From positions 825,481 to 889,480 of the forward strand of contig MU004232.1 in NCBI GenBank assembly GCA_010405405.1: a stretch of DNA of 64,000 nt. Direction: 5' to 3'. The notes beneath the pieces were generated by a model. That model was given only the letters and a program-made list of their open reading frames with translations. It made no database searches and was not told where the DNA came from. The translations under genes were made by a program, and so were the position numbers. Positions 46,728-57,403 of the stretch are shown piece by piece (position 1 is the first letter of the stretch; every line of letters starts with the position of its first letter). This stretch comes from Microthyrium microscopicum (lineage: Eukaryota).

Positions 46728-48971
46728 TCATTTCCTCGCCTTTCGCGCCATTCGCTTCTTCGCAATGATCCGAGATCTTTTAGCTAGGTTATTCCGTTCT
46801 TCGAGGGACTTTCCATCCATGGGAGCAGCATCGCCTTTTTTGGACTTATCCCTATTGTTGGGTTTCTCACCCTGTTTGAACTTGGCCCCTTGCCTACCAT
46901 TCGCACTTTCACCGCCAGCACGAGAAGGTTCGGACCTCTTCCGCTTCATTCCCCGACGACCTGCGTCCTGCCGCCCGCCATCCTCTGCATCACCGTCATC
47001 TTGCCGGCTCCCACGCGGCATTTTCTGGATTCGTTCCGCGCGACGCGTCACTACGTTGACATTTTCCAGCGCAAACTCGACGATGAGCCGTCTCTTCCTG
47101 TCCTCATCCACTACAGCGCCCTTCTTGCCCGTACTAGCCGCTTTATAGTCGACTTGATGTCCATTCAGCCAACGTAGCCCCATGAGCGCATTGCGATGTG
47201 TATAGTATTCAATGAAACCATAGCCACGACTCCGTCCACCGCCTTCCGATTCCTGGATCTTAGTGCCCTCTTTGCTTTCAACGACGACCTTAGCTTGCCG
47301 CACAACGCCCTTGCCTTTGAGCCGGCGCTCGCGTTCTGCGAGTTTCATTTCTTCACCGCCTCGTGCGGTTTCTTCTTTAGACAGCTTTTTACGCTTCTCG
47401 TTGGTCACGTCTTCTGCGAAACCGACGATCGCTTTGCGTGCGAGAGCTTTCAAGTCTTTGGAGTTCATTGAGCGTGGTAGGTTGCGGACGGAGAGACGGG
47501 TCAAGGAGAGATGTAGAGAGGGATTAGTTTCGACAAACTTTTTGCGCTGCTTGGCGGAGGCTTCCCGCATGGCAATGTCAGACGGTGAGAGTTTGCTGTA
47601 TAGTGGTGATTTTGAGGTTATGCGGCCTTCGTGGAGGAGATAAAGACGGCGCTTGTCGCGGTCACGGGCGGAGCGCTTTTCTACGCCTTCATCGCGTAGC
47701 CGTTCTGCTTCGTCCTTTTTGACGGCTTTAGTGACGATCAGGACACGGCCTTGGAGAGTGTATTTGCCGCTGGGATCTGATGCTTCGTCTTGGAGGACTG
47801 TGTGGCTGGTGGCTCCATTTTTAGCTCCGGCCATGCTGCTGTCGCTTTTGGGTGCCTCGCGGGTGCATGTGTCGGCCGAGGTTTTGTCCATGAAGCAGAC
47901 GAAACCGGTGCCTCTTGATTGTTCGGTGACTTGGTTATAGACTACTCGGCTGTATCTTACGTTGCCGAATTGCTCAAAATGTTCCGTGAGCTCATCATCG
48001 CCGCAAGTAAATGGTAGGTTGCGGACGAATACCGTGCAGTCTGTATTGTCGTAGCGTTTCTTGGGAGCATCCTGAGAATCATCTTCATCTTCATCGCCTT
48101 CGCTGTCATCTTCCCAGTCGTTCTCCTCTTCGGGCTCATCCTCCTCGCCATCGCTACTAGGCAATTCCGCACCAAAACCTAGCTCAGGATCGTCAATATC
48201 CATAGCTTCCTCATCTTCATCATCACTGTCTTTCTCCACAGCTTCTTCGCCATTACCCACCTCTTCATCTTTATCACCTTCCTCCTCCGCTTTCGCCTTC
48301 TCCCACGTCTCTCGATCCGCAGCCCAATCCACCGCCAACGTACGTCCGTCCACCATCTTCCCATTCATATCCGCCACCGCTTTCTCCGCATTCTTCTTGC
48401 CTCTGACAATCACAATGCCAAAGCCCAACAGCTTGCCACCCTCGCCCCTTGGTAATACTGCTTCCTTGACTTTTCCAAAGCTCAGAAACATGTGTGCCAG
48501 CTTTTCCTTGGAGTCTACACTCCATGGCAGATTCCGCACAATCAGCTTCGGCACGCTGACTTCCTTCTTACCATCAGCCCCCTTGACTATCTTCGCACCG
48601 TGCTCATCTTGCCGTTTCCGCACTTGCGCGCTATCAACTTTGATCTTTTTTCCAAGCAGGACTGAGCCGTCAAGCTCGGTTTTGGCTGCAGTCGCATCAG
48701 CTATGTCGGTATAGGTAACAAAGCCATAGCCGCGGCATTGTGTTGTGACCTTATCAAGGACGGCGACTGCGTGTTTCAACGGGTAGGCTTGTGAGAAGTG
48801 AGCGGCGAGGTCTGAGGAGGTGGTAGTTGGTGGAAGGGCGGATACGAAAAGCGTGCGCGGATCTTGAGGCTTTTGGGCGCCATTGGAAGATGTTGTGTTC
48901 GAAGGAATGGTGGAGACGGCAGTGCTGTCACCAGCTTCGTTGAGCTTGCGTTTCTTGTTTTGTTTGCCCAT
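46728..48971 (-). CDS. NOP4: Nucleolar RRM protein Nop4 (RBM28), 60S biogenesis
   Basis: Four RRMs (TLFVSALP/RGYGFV, LIVRNLPW, VFVRNLPF/RGTGFVCF, LSVRNLP/RGYGFIEY), acidic linker, DKRRLYLLHEG, NPSLHLSLTRL, RRLIVEFALEN; start at MGKQNKKRK. Confidence 0.95.
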   Translation of the reverse strand: MGKQNKKRKLNEAGDSTAVSTIPSNTTSSNGAQKPQDPRTLFVSALPPTTTSSDLAAHFSQAYPLKHAVAVLDKVTTQCRGYGFVTYTDIADATAAKTELDGSVLLGKKIKVDSAQVRKRQDEHGAKIVKGADGKKEVSVPKLIVRNLPWSVDSKEKLAHMFLSFGKVKEAVLPRGEGGKLLGFGIVIVRGKKNAEKAVADMNGKMVDGRTLAVDWAADRETWEKAKAEEEGDKDEEVGNGEEAVEKDSDDEDEEAMDIDDPELGFGAELPSSDGEEDEPEEENDWEDDSEGDEDEDDSQDAPKKRYDNTDCTVFVRNLPFTCGDDELTEHFEQFGNVRYSRVVYNQVTEQSRGTGFVCFMDKTSADTCTREAPKSDSSMAGAKNGATSHTVLQDEASDPSGKYTLQGRVLIVTKAVKKDEAERLRDEGVEKRSARDRDKRRLYLLHEGRITSKSPLYSKLSPSDIAMREASAKQRKKFVETNPSLHLSLTRLSVRNLPRSMNSKDLKALARKAIVGFAEDVTNEKRKKLSKEETARGGEEMKLAERERRLKGKGVVRQAKVVVESKEGTKIQESEGGGRSRGYGFIEYYTHRNALMGLRWLNGHQVDYKAASTGKKGAVVDEDRKRRLIVEFALENVNVVTRRAERIQKMPRGSRQDDGDAEDGGRQDAGRRGMKRKRSEPSRAGGESANGRQGAKFKQGEKPNNRDKSKKGDAAPMDGKSLEERNNLAKRSRIIAKKRMARKARK

Positions 48972-49394
48972 GATTGTTCTTGTTGGTGGTGATGGAGAGA
49001 GTCTGGGAATTTTCGGAGTTGAAATTTTGTCGGTGATGGTTTCTGGGATATTTTTTTTAGCGGGGAATTGGAAAATGACTGATTGAAGCAATTCCAGCAC
49101 CCACCGTATGATTATTACACTAAATTTTCCAAATATCCATAGAGAACGTGATATAAACCTAGGACCATGCTAAATACAATACTTTTACAGGCCCGCTTGG
49201 TTGCGTGGTTAAGAACAGAGGCTTGAACTTGGGAATAAAAGGGTGGGAAGCTAGTCCTTATTGGGGCTAGCGCCATCCATTAACTTCTGCTGCTCAACAC
49301 CAAAGCCATCACGGTTCAATCCTCATATCTTCTAATCTTATTCAAGATCGAGGTAGCACCTGAGCTGAGGTGTTTCGCCTCAGTGGCTGTAAAT

Positions 49395-49677
49395 AACGGT
49401 CTTGGCCCCCTTAACACTAAGTCGAAAGGGTTCTTTACATCTTTATGTCAGCAACTATTCTCAACTGTTAACACCTCTCTCTCTCTCTCTTCGATCGTGA
49501 CTCTCACGCTCGTAAGCTCGCTCCGAGGGGATTTCATATCTATCCTGGGCTTAGAGAGCTTATCTTTAGGAACGCTTAGTCCCCCTCCCTTCGGGGTTTG
49601 GGGTTCGTGGCCTTACCTACAAACACGGGTTCCTAATCTTTCATTGCTTAACATAGTACGCCGCTGCGACGGCTTGT
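49395..49677. mobile_element. Possible solo-LTR / retroelement terminal repeat remnant (283 bp)
   Basis: Flanked by a TAAAT direct repeat (49390-49394 and 49678-49682); contains a (CT)n tract and a CC-TTCG-GG hairpin; TpA-rich as expected after RIP. No second copy in this window. Confidence 0.35.
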
Positions 49678-49686
49678 TAAATGTTA

Positions 49687-49724
49687 ATTGAACCAAGAGG
49701 GAAGAACATTGAACCAAGAGGGAA
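49687..49724. repeat. Direct repeat ATTGAACCAAGAGGGAA x2 (21-bp period)
   Basis: Two identical 17-mers at 49687-49703 and 49708-49724. Confidence 0.85.
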
Positions 49725-50240
49725 ACACGTGAGATTGTAAAGCATTTGTCAAACGTTTTGATGGCGTTGTCAGGCGTAATCTAAACTAAGGGGTAAATGC
49801 GCTGTGGCGAAACACCTCAGCTCACCTAATCCCTCTTCAAGATCATATTCCAGATCTATGTACAGCGCCTGCTATGGCTGGCATCAAGTTCGCTCCGATC
49901 CTCGCACGGCTTTGAAACTATATTCCATGAGGCCGCTGAGAGACGTGTGGAGACTACTTTCTTCAGCCTGATGCACAAAAGAGACAAGACGCAGCAAATA
50001 TAGTCAGATCTGACTACCTGCAGGCAGGCTTAGACCTTGTCCAACCGCATAAGAGGCCGGGAATTCGTAGCATAATGAGAATACCCCCATGAATCATACA
50101 GACATTTCTTCTGCTTCTACAACCTTTCATCTGCATATCACCACACGAAACTAAGAGGTAGTTGGGAAAAGCTGCTGAGACTTTAACGTGACGACCACCA
50201 CAGCATATCCGTGCCAACTCCCCTCTAGAAACTACCAATC

Positions 50241-51119
50241 ATGGCAATTATATCTCGTCTCTTCCTCCTCTCAATCCTCACCAACCACATCCTCCCAATC
50301 TCCTCCCTCGGCATAAACTGTCGCGGCTCAGGCGTCTGTCCCCTAGCAACTCTCTTCGCCGGCTCCCAAAACGCCGGCCAAGACATAATACAAGGTCTCC
50401 TAAACATGCTCCAACACACCACCCTACCAGACAGCACAACCTACAGTAACGGCGAGCACATCGCCTGTGTCAGCAACACTATCCCCATCACCCTTTCAAT
50501 CGGACCCCCATTCATCCAAGTCCAGCTAGGAGGCGGAATACCCGCCGGCGGAATCTGTATGTTTGCACAAAACTTGTCTGGAGGAAAGGCGTTGAGTTTG
50601 GGGGATATCAAGACATTGGCAGAGGATATAGTGCAGCATGGATGTAAGACGTGTGGGAGTGTGCCGATTACGTTCCCTGATAATGAGAATGTGGATGATG
50701 TAGGTGAATTGACGGTCAATTTTGTGTCAGAGGGGAAGTTCGTCTGTGATGGGAACTGTGTGTCTGCTGTATCGAATTCGAATATTGGAGCGGCGGCATC
50801 AGTCTCATCTGGCTCAGTGGTAGCCTCAACTAGTAACGCAGGTAAGCATATATCTCAAGTTTTAGGTTCCTTTGCTAATGTATGACGAGTTACGCAAGCT
50901 GCTACAGTCACAGTAGCTGCGACTACCATCACGCGGGGAACCAGTACAAGCACCACATCTGGTATGTCTGCATAAACCTCCTTTCATGGTATCTTGCTTA
51001 CAACTTTAGGCCCGCCAACCGTGACGGTCACTCAGAGCGAGGCTAGAAGATCAAATCCCCGGACATTCTCATCATTGGTCGTTCTGCTTGGACTCCTTTC
51101 ACTAGTTCACGCAACCTGA
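50241..51119 (+). CDS. Killer toxin KP4-domain protein with Ser/Thr stalk and putative GPI signal (introns 50842-50898, 50962-51009)
   Basis: Signal peptide, LGINCRGSGVC, YSNGEHIAC, GGICMFAQN, HGCKTCGSVP, GELTVNFV (KP4 signature); spliced tail ...TQSEARRSNPRTFSSLVVLLGLLSLVHAT*. Confidence 0.88.
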
Positions 51120-51467
51120 AGTTCTCGCATCTACTAGAGCAAAACAAATCGCATCCCTGGACGGTATCATAGGATTTTGACATTTTTCGAGCAAGGAGCT
51201 TTCACGAAGGAGTAACGAATATGATCTAGGAAGCTTCAGGCACTTCATCAACTATCGAAGCAGCTATGTTGAAGACATGGTTTGGCATTTATGCATGTCC
51301 TGGTATGTATTACTTCCAGATAACGATAAGACTCTATATAAACGAGCCAGCGTACTCGATAATACAAATAACCCAATTCCACCGCACCACCGAAGCCATC
51401 CCATCATAACTCATCCATCTAAACCACAAACCCATACCCAGACAATTCACACCACTAACCACACCAC

Positions 51468-53899
51468 CTACAACTTCGCTTTCTTCTTCTTCCCCCCATC
51501 CGCCAACCATCCCTCCCTCCCCACCAAATCCACCAACCCCATAACCCTCGTCCTTACAGTCCCGGCATCCCGTCTATTCTTTCCTTCCCGTCTACTCTGA
51601 CTAATCTGCTCCGCAAACTCCCACAACTTGCCCTTCGCCTCCAGCTTCCCTTCGCTATCTCGTGTAGGCGCCCAATTCTCCGCTAGGCGGATCTGGAGGT
51701 TGGGTGACTTGCGCGGGACGATAATACCGTCTTCTTCAAAACGGAGGTACGCGTTTTTGAGAGTCTCTTTGTTGACGGCTTCAAAGTACGAGAGATCGCC
51801 TTGGTGGTAAAGAGTTTTGCCGAGAAGTTGGGCGCGGTCTTGGGTGGCGGTTGCGTCTAGCCATGGCTCGCCTATGTGGTTGGTGGGTGGTGTGAGCATA
51901 AGGAGGGAGATGGCGCCGAGCCAGCTAGCCTCGATGAATGGCCAGATGAGAAAGCAGTAAAAGTCGTAGTTCTCGCGTCCGCGGTCTCGTTCTGCGGGCG
52001 CGAGTTGGATGGTTGTTATGGTGGTGCTGGAGTTTTCACCTGCGGTGGGTGTGCGGGTTAGTAGGAGGACGCCGTCTGCTTCGAGGCGGGATAGGGCGGT
52101 GGCGAGATTGATGTCCAGACCGGCGGTGGGGAAGATGAATTCGCCGCGGAAGAGTTGTGAGAGGAATCCGACTTGGGCTTTTAGATCGGTGTAGCTCATG
52201 GTGTAGTTTTCGTCGCCGCCGCCGAGCTTGAATTTTGTGTAGAGGCCGGCGCAGGTGAGGGCTTCGAGGATGAAGAGGTGTATGGTCATGTTGCGGTAGA
52301 ATGATAGTTGGAATCTAGTGATTTGTTAGTCATTCTAGGTATGGAGATTTTACGAAGAAGTGTCACTTACCTGTCGACGGCATAGTAGGTGTCTTCGGGC
52401 AGACTGGGGACTTTGCCTACCATGGCAGGGCCGAGGACTTCAAGCGCGCGCTCTACGACAGTGGATGTCTTTTGATTGGCAAAGTGAGCTACGCGGCCAC
52501 CTTTGTCGCGAACTCGTTCACATAGCCATTCCACTCGGCGGACCAGTTCGGATATGCCTACACCACGCCCTCTCAGTGTGAGGATGACGGTGCCTACCAG
52601 AGCAGTCGGCATGACCACTGAGACCTCATTGATATCAGATAGAACGCGATATCCCATTGTTCTGAGCACTTTGATTCTGCCTTCGTTGGTCCACTTGCCC
52701 TTTTCCGTTATTTGGCCAGGGATATCAGTTGACCTGAGAAACTGTTCCTGGATGAAATCTTTTAAGCTCCAAGGTTCGTGGTACCGAACGTCTACCCGAC
52801 CTAATTTGAGGTTGAGAATGGAGCTAGCGTTCAAGAAATCCATCAAATTCTCCTTCTGCTTCGGTTGGCCAAGGAGCTCCGTAATATAGGAGTCCACTTC
52901 AATGACCTTGTCGTATTGCGTGCTGACGGGACATATTATAGCATCGTTGACTCGACCTGACATGACACTATCCATAATAAACCGCAGAATACCAAATTTT
53001 GGTGGAAGCAGTTTTCCTGTCCTTGAACGACCGCCTTCGATGAAGCATGCGAAGTTGTAACCGTTTTGCAATAACGTGTCGATATATGCTTGTACAGTCG
53101 TAGAATACAGTTGATCGTTTCCAAAGCTCCTCCGAATCCACATAGCACCAGCATGCTGCATAAAAGGCCCGACAAGGGGGAAGTTTAAATTTTCGCCTGC
53201 TACAACAGTCGGTAGTGCCAAACCCAGCCGGTACGAGATGATCTGTTGCGATATGTAGTCAACATGACTCCGATGTGACGGCAGAAATACAATGCTCTGC
53301 TTCTTCTTTTGCGCTTCCTGAGCGATCGCTCTCAATTTCAGAACTTCCTCACTGCTAACATGGATTCCCTGATGGTATGCGCGTGTCAACAGCTGTGTCG
53401 CAAGATAGTACTGTGTTCGAATGAATGTCTTGTTCTCCATCTTGCACACCATCTTGTCAAGCATGTCATCGACGACTTCTTCCAGTGACTGTTTTAGTTG
53501 ATTGTAGCGTTTCTCCTGGGCTGCCTCGTCGCCAGTAAGTAGACCTTCTTTCTTCTCAACAACCACACGTTTTGTTGAGAGATCCGTAATCTTCTCTTGC
53601 AGCATGGTGCTGGACATGACCATCTCTTTCATGCGGTCCGTGAAGCCAGGAAAGTACATTGGTGCACCAATTGGATTGTCGTAGGCTCGCCAACCAGTAC
53701 CGTTGACATGCAAACTAACTTCGCGGAAGAATTCGAGCGGACTCGAACGGAATCGAGCCATGGTATCAATGAGTGTGCGGGACTTGTCCTCATTGCGTCG
53801 AGCTTGCGACTCGGTATAGCCGGAAGGATAGAGGGTGGCATTGTCTCCTAGTATGGAAATGTCTGGCGCCGTTTCCGACTGTTGTTTTCGTTTCGACAT
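51468..53899 (-). CDS. Glycerol-3-phosphate / dihydroxyacetone-phosphate acyltransferase (GPAT/DHAPAT family) with PTS1 (-AKL); intron 52315-52370
   Basis: LPSHRSHVDY (HxxxxD), GAMWIRRSF, FIEGGRSRTGKLLPPKFG, ICPVSTQYDKVIE, spliced DRFQLSFYRNM; ends KKKAKL. Confidence 0.92.
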
Positions 53900-54830
53900 T
53901 TTGATCTGTAGTATTGCTGGCGGGTATCAGCAACTGGCTAGTGGGGAGCGAATATGTTGAGTGGCAGTTTTGAAGGTCGTCCAAGTCGTCAATGGTACCG
54001 GCCGAGAATATGTATGCTGTTAGTGGCAAGCATAGTGCTCGAACCTCCGATCGGCCCTAGGATGAAATTCAATGGGCGAATAGACGATTAGATTGACTGA
54101 AGCTAGATGTATATTAAGCAACCTTATTTAGCAATAGTTTGTTGATGGTGGTCAAGTGGTCAAGTGGTGTTTAAAGAGTCTGGAGCTTGACTGATTTTGG
54201 GGATTCGAGGCAAACAACGACCGAGGTCCATCGTCATTTCTGGACCTGCATATCCAACCACTGGGTGCATGTGCCAGGCAGATGCCAATATTCATGCGTA
54301 TTTAATCCAATCCAGAAAGCAAAAACATACGGATTTTGATGTGATGTTACCATGTTTTAGGATGATGGTGCTGCTTTGTATATCAATGATTGGCATCAAA
54401 CCATCTCGGACAGTACTGGCACTGGCAGTGGCATCGTTGCTGCCTACTACTGTATGTATGCAAGCATGGATTACATGGCCATTATTGCTGTAAGTACAGT
54501 ATGCAGTGGCTCGATTGTGCTCATAAACGTTTATTAATGCATAATCCACGCCTTGAAGTGGTGCTAATACAGCTAACAATATCTACATAACTCCAGCATC
54601 GATCCCATGCCATGTCAAAACCACAAACCATACGCGCCAACCTTCCATCCCAGTTATCCGATCAACCTGTACAGCCGACATGAGCCAGATCACTCCATAG
54701 TACTTCATTCTTTCGAAGTTCCAAGCAAAGCCTCGCTCGAGATTCTGTTCGGAATTTCGTTCGAAATTTCATCACAATCCTTCTCTCCATATCTTAACGC
54801 CGCAATCATATCCTCAGCCCATTCCAAAAT

Positions 54831-55481
54831 CTATTCATGGCTCTGAATCTTATTATCTCCCTTCACGACCTCAGAGTAACTAGGTGGCGGCGCACCATCG
54901 CTTGGTCCAGCACCCTCCGCGTCGATCCTCGCCTCCTGGACCTTTGATGGCTTCGGCGCTGGGGTAGCTTCTGAAGGCGCACGGCTACTTCCGCCATTTG
55001 CTTGAGGGTTTGGTGTAGTCACGGTGGTGGTTTGGTTTTGTGGCTTTGCACTTCCACGAAGCGTCCCATAGCTAGCTTGTGGTGTGCTGTGAGCGCCAGC
55101 TGTTGGACCAGCGGAGGGTGGTGGTGGGCCGCCGGAGACGTAGTAATATTGGACGCGGGATTCCTCAGAGTCGACGGGCTCGTAGCCGGGGTCGGGGAAC
55201 TTGGATATAATGTACTAGAGAAGCAAGTTAGTTGGTGTGGCGGGTTGGAGGAGTTGGGAGGCGAGACGTACCCATGCGTGAAGGAGGCCTGGGAGGTAGC
55301 CGAGAATGCAGAGGGCGAGATTTATGAAGGCAGCGGCGCTGCAGATACCGCGTTTGACCCAGACTGAGGGATAGTTAGTGATATATCTTGCATGGCATGG
55401 AGCTGTGTTGGGTACTGTACCGCCAATTGGGGGAAAGAGGACGGAGAGGATGCAGAGGAACAGATCTGGGCCGTCACACAT
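54831..55481 (-). CDS. Pmp3/SNA (RCI2-like) proteolipid with C-terminal PY motif; 3 exons
   Basis: Spliced ILSVLFPPIG|VWVKRGIC...INLALCILGYLPGLLHAW|YIISKFPDP; tail PPPSYSEVVKGDNKIQ. Confidence 0.9.
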
Positions 55482-55725
55482 GATGACGCTGGCGTAGATA
55501 AATGGAAATTACAGGTAGGTTGCTGGTGCTGGATAGATGCCGACGGTTGTCGACTATGTTGTTTGTAAGTAGAGAGTATTATGAAGAGGATGAAGAGGAT
55601 GAAGAGAGTTGTATAGTTGTTGCCTGTTGTGCTTGATGTAGGATGGAAGGATGAATGGGTGGGTGGGGTGCATTTGCCCTGCAGAAACCGTGGAAGACAC
55701 TCGTCACTGCGCCACCAAACTGATG

Positions 55726-55920
55726 GACAAAATAACTGGCCTTCTCCCATCAGCGTCGATGGCGCCCACGAACGTTGTTAATTCAAACGTGTTATATTTC
55801 CCAACGCATTCGATAAATAATCGAAGTCTGAACGCGCTCTATGGCAAATAAAGCACTCGATAGCAGATCGTATTGTATGGGAGCCATCGCACTCGTTGGG
55901 AGCGCGCCGTTTATTTTGTC
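55726..55920. mobile_element. MITE-like element, copy B (195 bp core, inverted relative to copy A)
   Basis: Begins GACAAAATAACTGGC and ends GCCGTTTATTTTGTC; homologous over its full length to 36836-37032. Confidence 0.75.
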
Positions 55921-56041
55921 GACCCCTTCCAAGCCACCCGCAGATCTTTCCTGTCACAAGTCCATTCGACATCTGACCTGATATTGCATTGCATTTGATA
56001 TACCCATCATCACCATCATAATCGCTGGAAGCACTAACTCC

Positions 56042-56455
56042 ATGTCCACCTCTGTGACAACTCAAACCATCGTCAATTCCTACCGAACACTCTACCGCGC
56101 CAGCCTCCGCGCCGTCCAATACTCCACTCCAAACCGCTACCTTCTCCGCGACCGTCTTCGACGCGCCTTTCGCGAATCTCCGCGCGCCGACTATGAACCC
56201 GACCGCATCGCCAACACACTCAGTTTCCTCAATGCTGCAGCCTCTGACACGGGCTTGGAGCACCGTGTAGTGAAATCCCTCTGTCATGTCTGGCACGGCG
56301 AACATCGACAGTGGAAGGCGCGCAGCCGAACATGGACAATGATACATTCACAAAAGGCAAAACGCCCACAGGTCAAGTGGGAGACGCAGGCATATGACAA
56401 CTTTTACTGGACTGTTCGCATGCTGAATGAGAGTATGGGGCTTTGCATTAAATGA
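56042..56455 (+). CDS. Small LYR-like, probably mitochondrial protein (DUF1763-like)
   Basis: YRTLYRASLRAVQYSTPNRY..RDRLRRAFR, IANTLSFL..AA...GLEHRVVKSL, C-terminal MLNESMGLCIK. Confidence 0.75.
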   Translation: MSTSVTTQTIVNSYRTLYRASLRAVQYSTPNRYLLRDRLRRAFRESPRADYEPDRIANTLSFLNAAASDTGLEHRVVKSLCHVWHGEHRQWKARSRTWTMIHSQKAKRPQVKWETQAYDNFYWTVRMLNESMGLCIK

Positions 56456-56491
56456 ATCCCCACCGCAATCTGGATAATCTACATATAGCCA

Positions 56492-57403
56492 TCACATAAA
56501 GTCCTCCTCAAAGTCCGATCCACGGTCCTGGTTGCTAGACTGCGCCTTATTGTCCTCCGAAAAGAGGTCATCGTACGCATGGTCACGCTGGTACGCCTTC
56601 TCCCTGCGCTCACGGGCTACGCGCTGCTCTTCTTTGACACGTTGTTGGCGCGTTGATTGCTCTCGGCGGCGGAGTTCTTGGAGACGGTCTTCGCGTTCTT
56701 GACGGAGGTCAGGGAACCTTTCGACTTTGGTTTTGTTGAGGCGGTTGACGATGGGGTTTTCGCGGGCGATGACGTGGATGCGTTTTACCTGGTGGACACA
56801 AAGTCAGGCAGGGAGACTCAGTGCGGATGATGAACAGGGTAGACTACCTTCTTGTTATCCTTGAAGCTGACTTGTCCTACGGCCATACTTCCATCTTTCT
56901 TGAGATTGGACCATGGCGTGTAGATGACGGTGACATTGTCTTTCTTGTTGCCTGGATACTGTCAGATCAGGTTGAGTCTACCAACTAAGAGCTTTACCCT
57001 CGATTGAGTTGGCCTTGGTCAGTTGAGCGCAATCCGTCAGAAGATCGGCGGGAATATTCTCCCATGAATCTCCTTCTCTCAACCGGACATATATATGGGC
57101 ACTGGATAGATTGTCGACATGGAACTGTACAATATATATTGGTCATTTTGGAACCCGAAATGGACGCGAAGGTCATACCCTTTTCGCAGTTAGACTTTCA
57201 TTATTTCATTTGATGTTAAGAACATAAGAATTACCAAACGTCTTCCTCCCAACCAAACTTGATTAATTCCTCATCTGCGTAATAGTCTCAATATTATGTC
57301 GTCCTTTCATGTCATGCGGGGCTGTCATACTTTCAACTTTGTCCTTGCCAACATAGATGAAGGCGGACGGTTCAACGACATTACTCGTGAAGTAAAGCAC
57401 CAT
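56492..57403 (-). CDS. CCDC25: CCDC25/Jlp2-like NFACT-R domain protein; multi-exon, including a predicted 1-nt exon at 57179
   Basis: Not in the ORF track as one ORF. Splicing gives [50 protein letters not shown]...[42 protein letters not shown]...EEDFM. Confidence 0.92.

Noticed and set aside
46765..48714. Long antisense ORFs opposite NOP4 (similar shadows opposite SUV3, MFS and others)
   Set aside because: Antisense shadows of biased coding sequence with no independent evidence.
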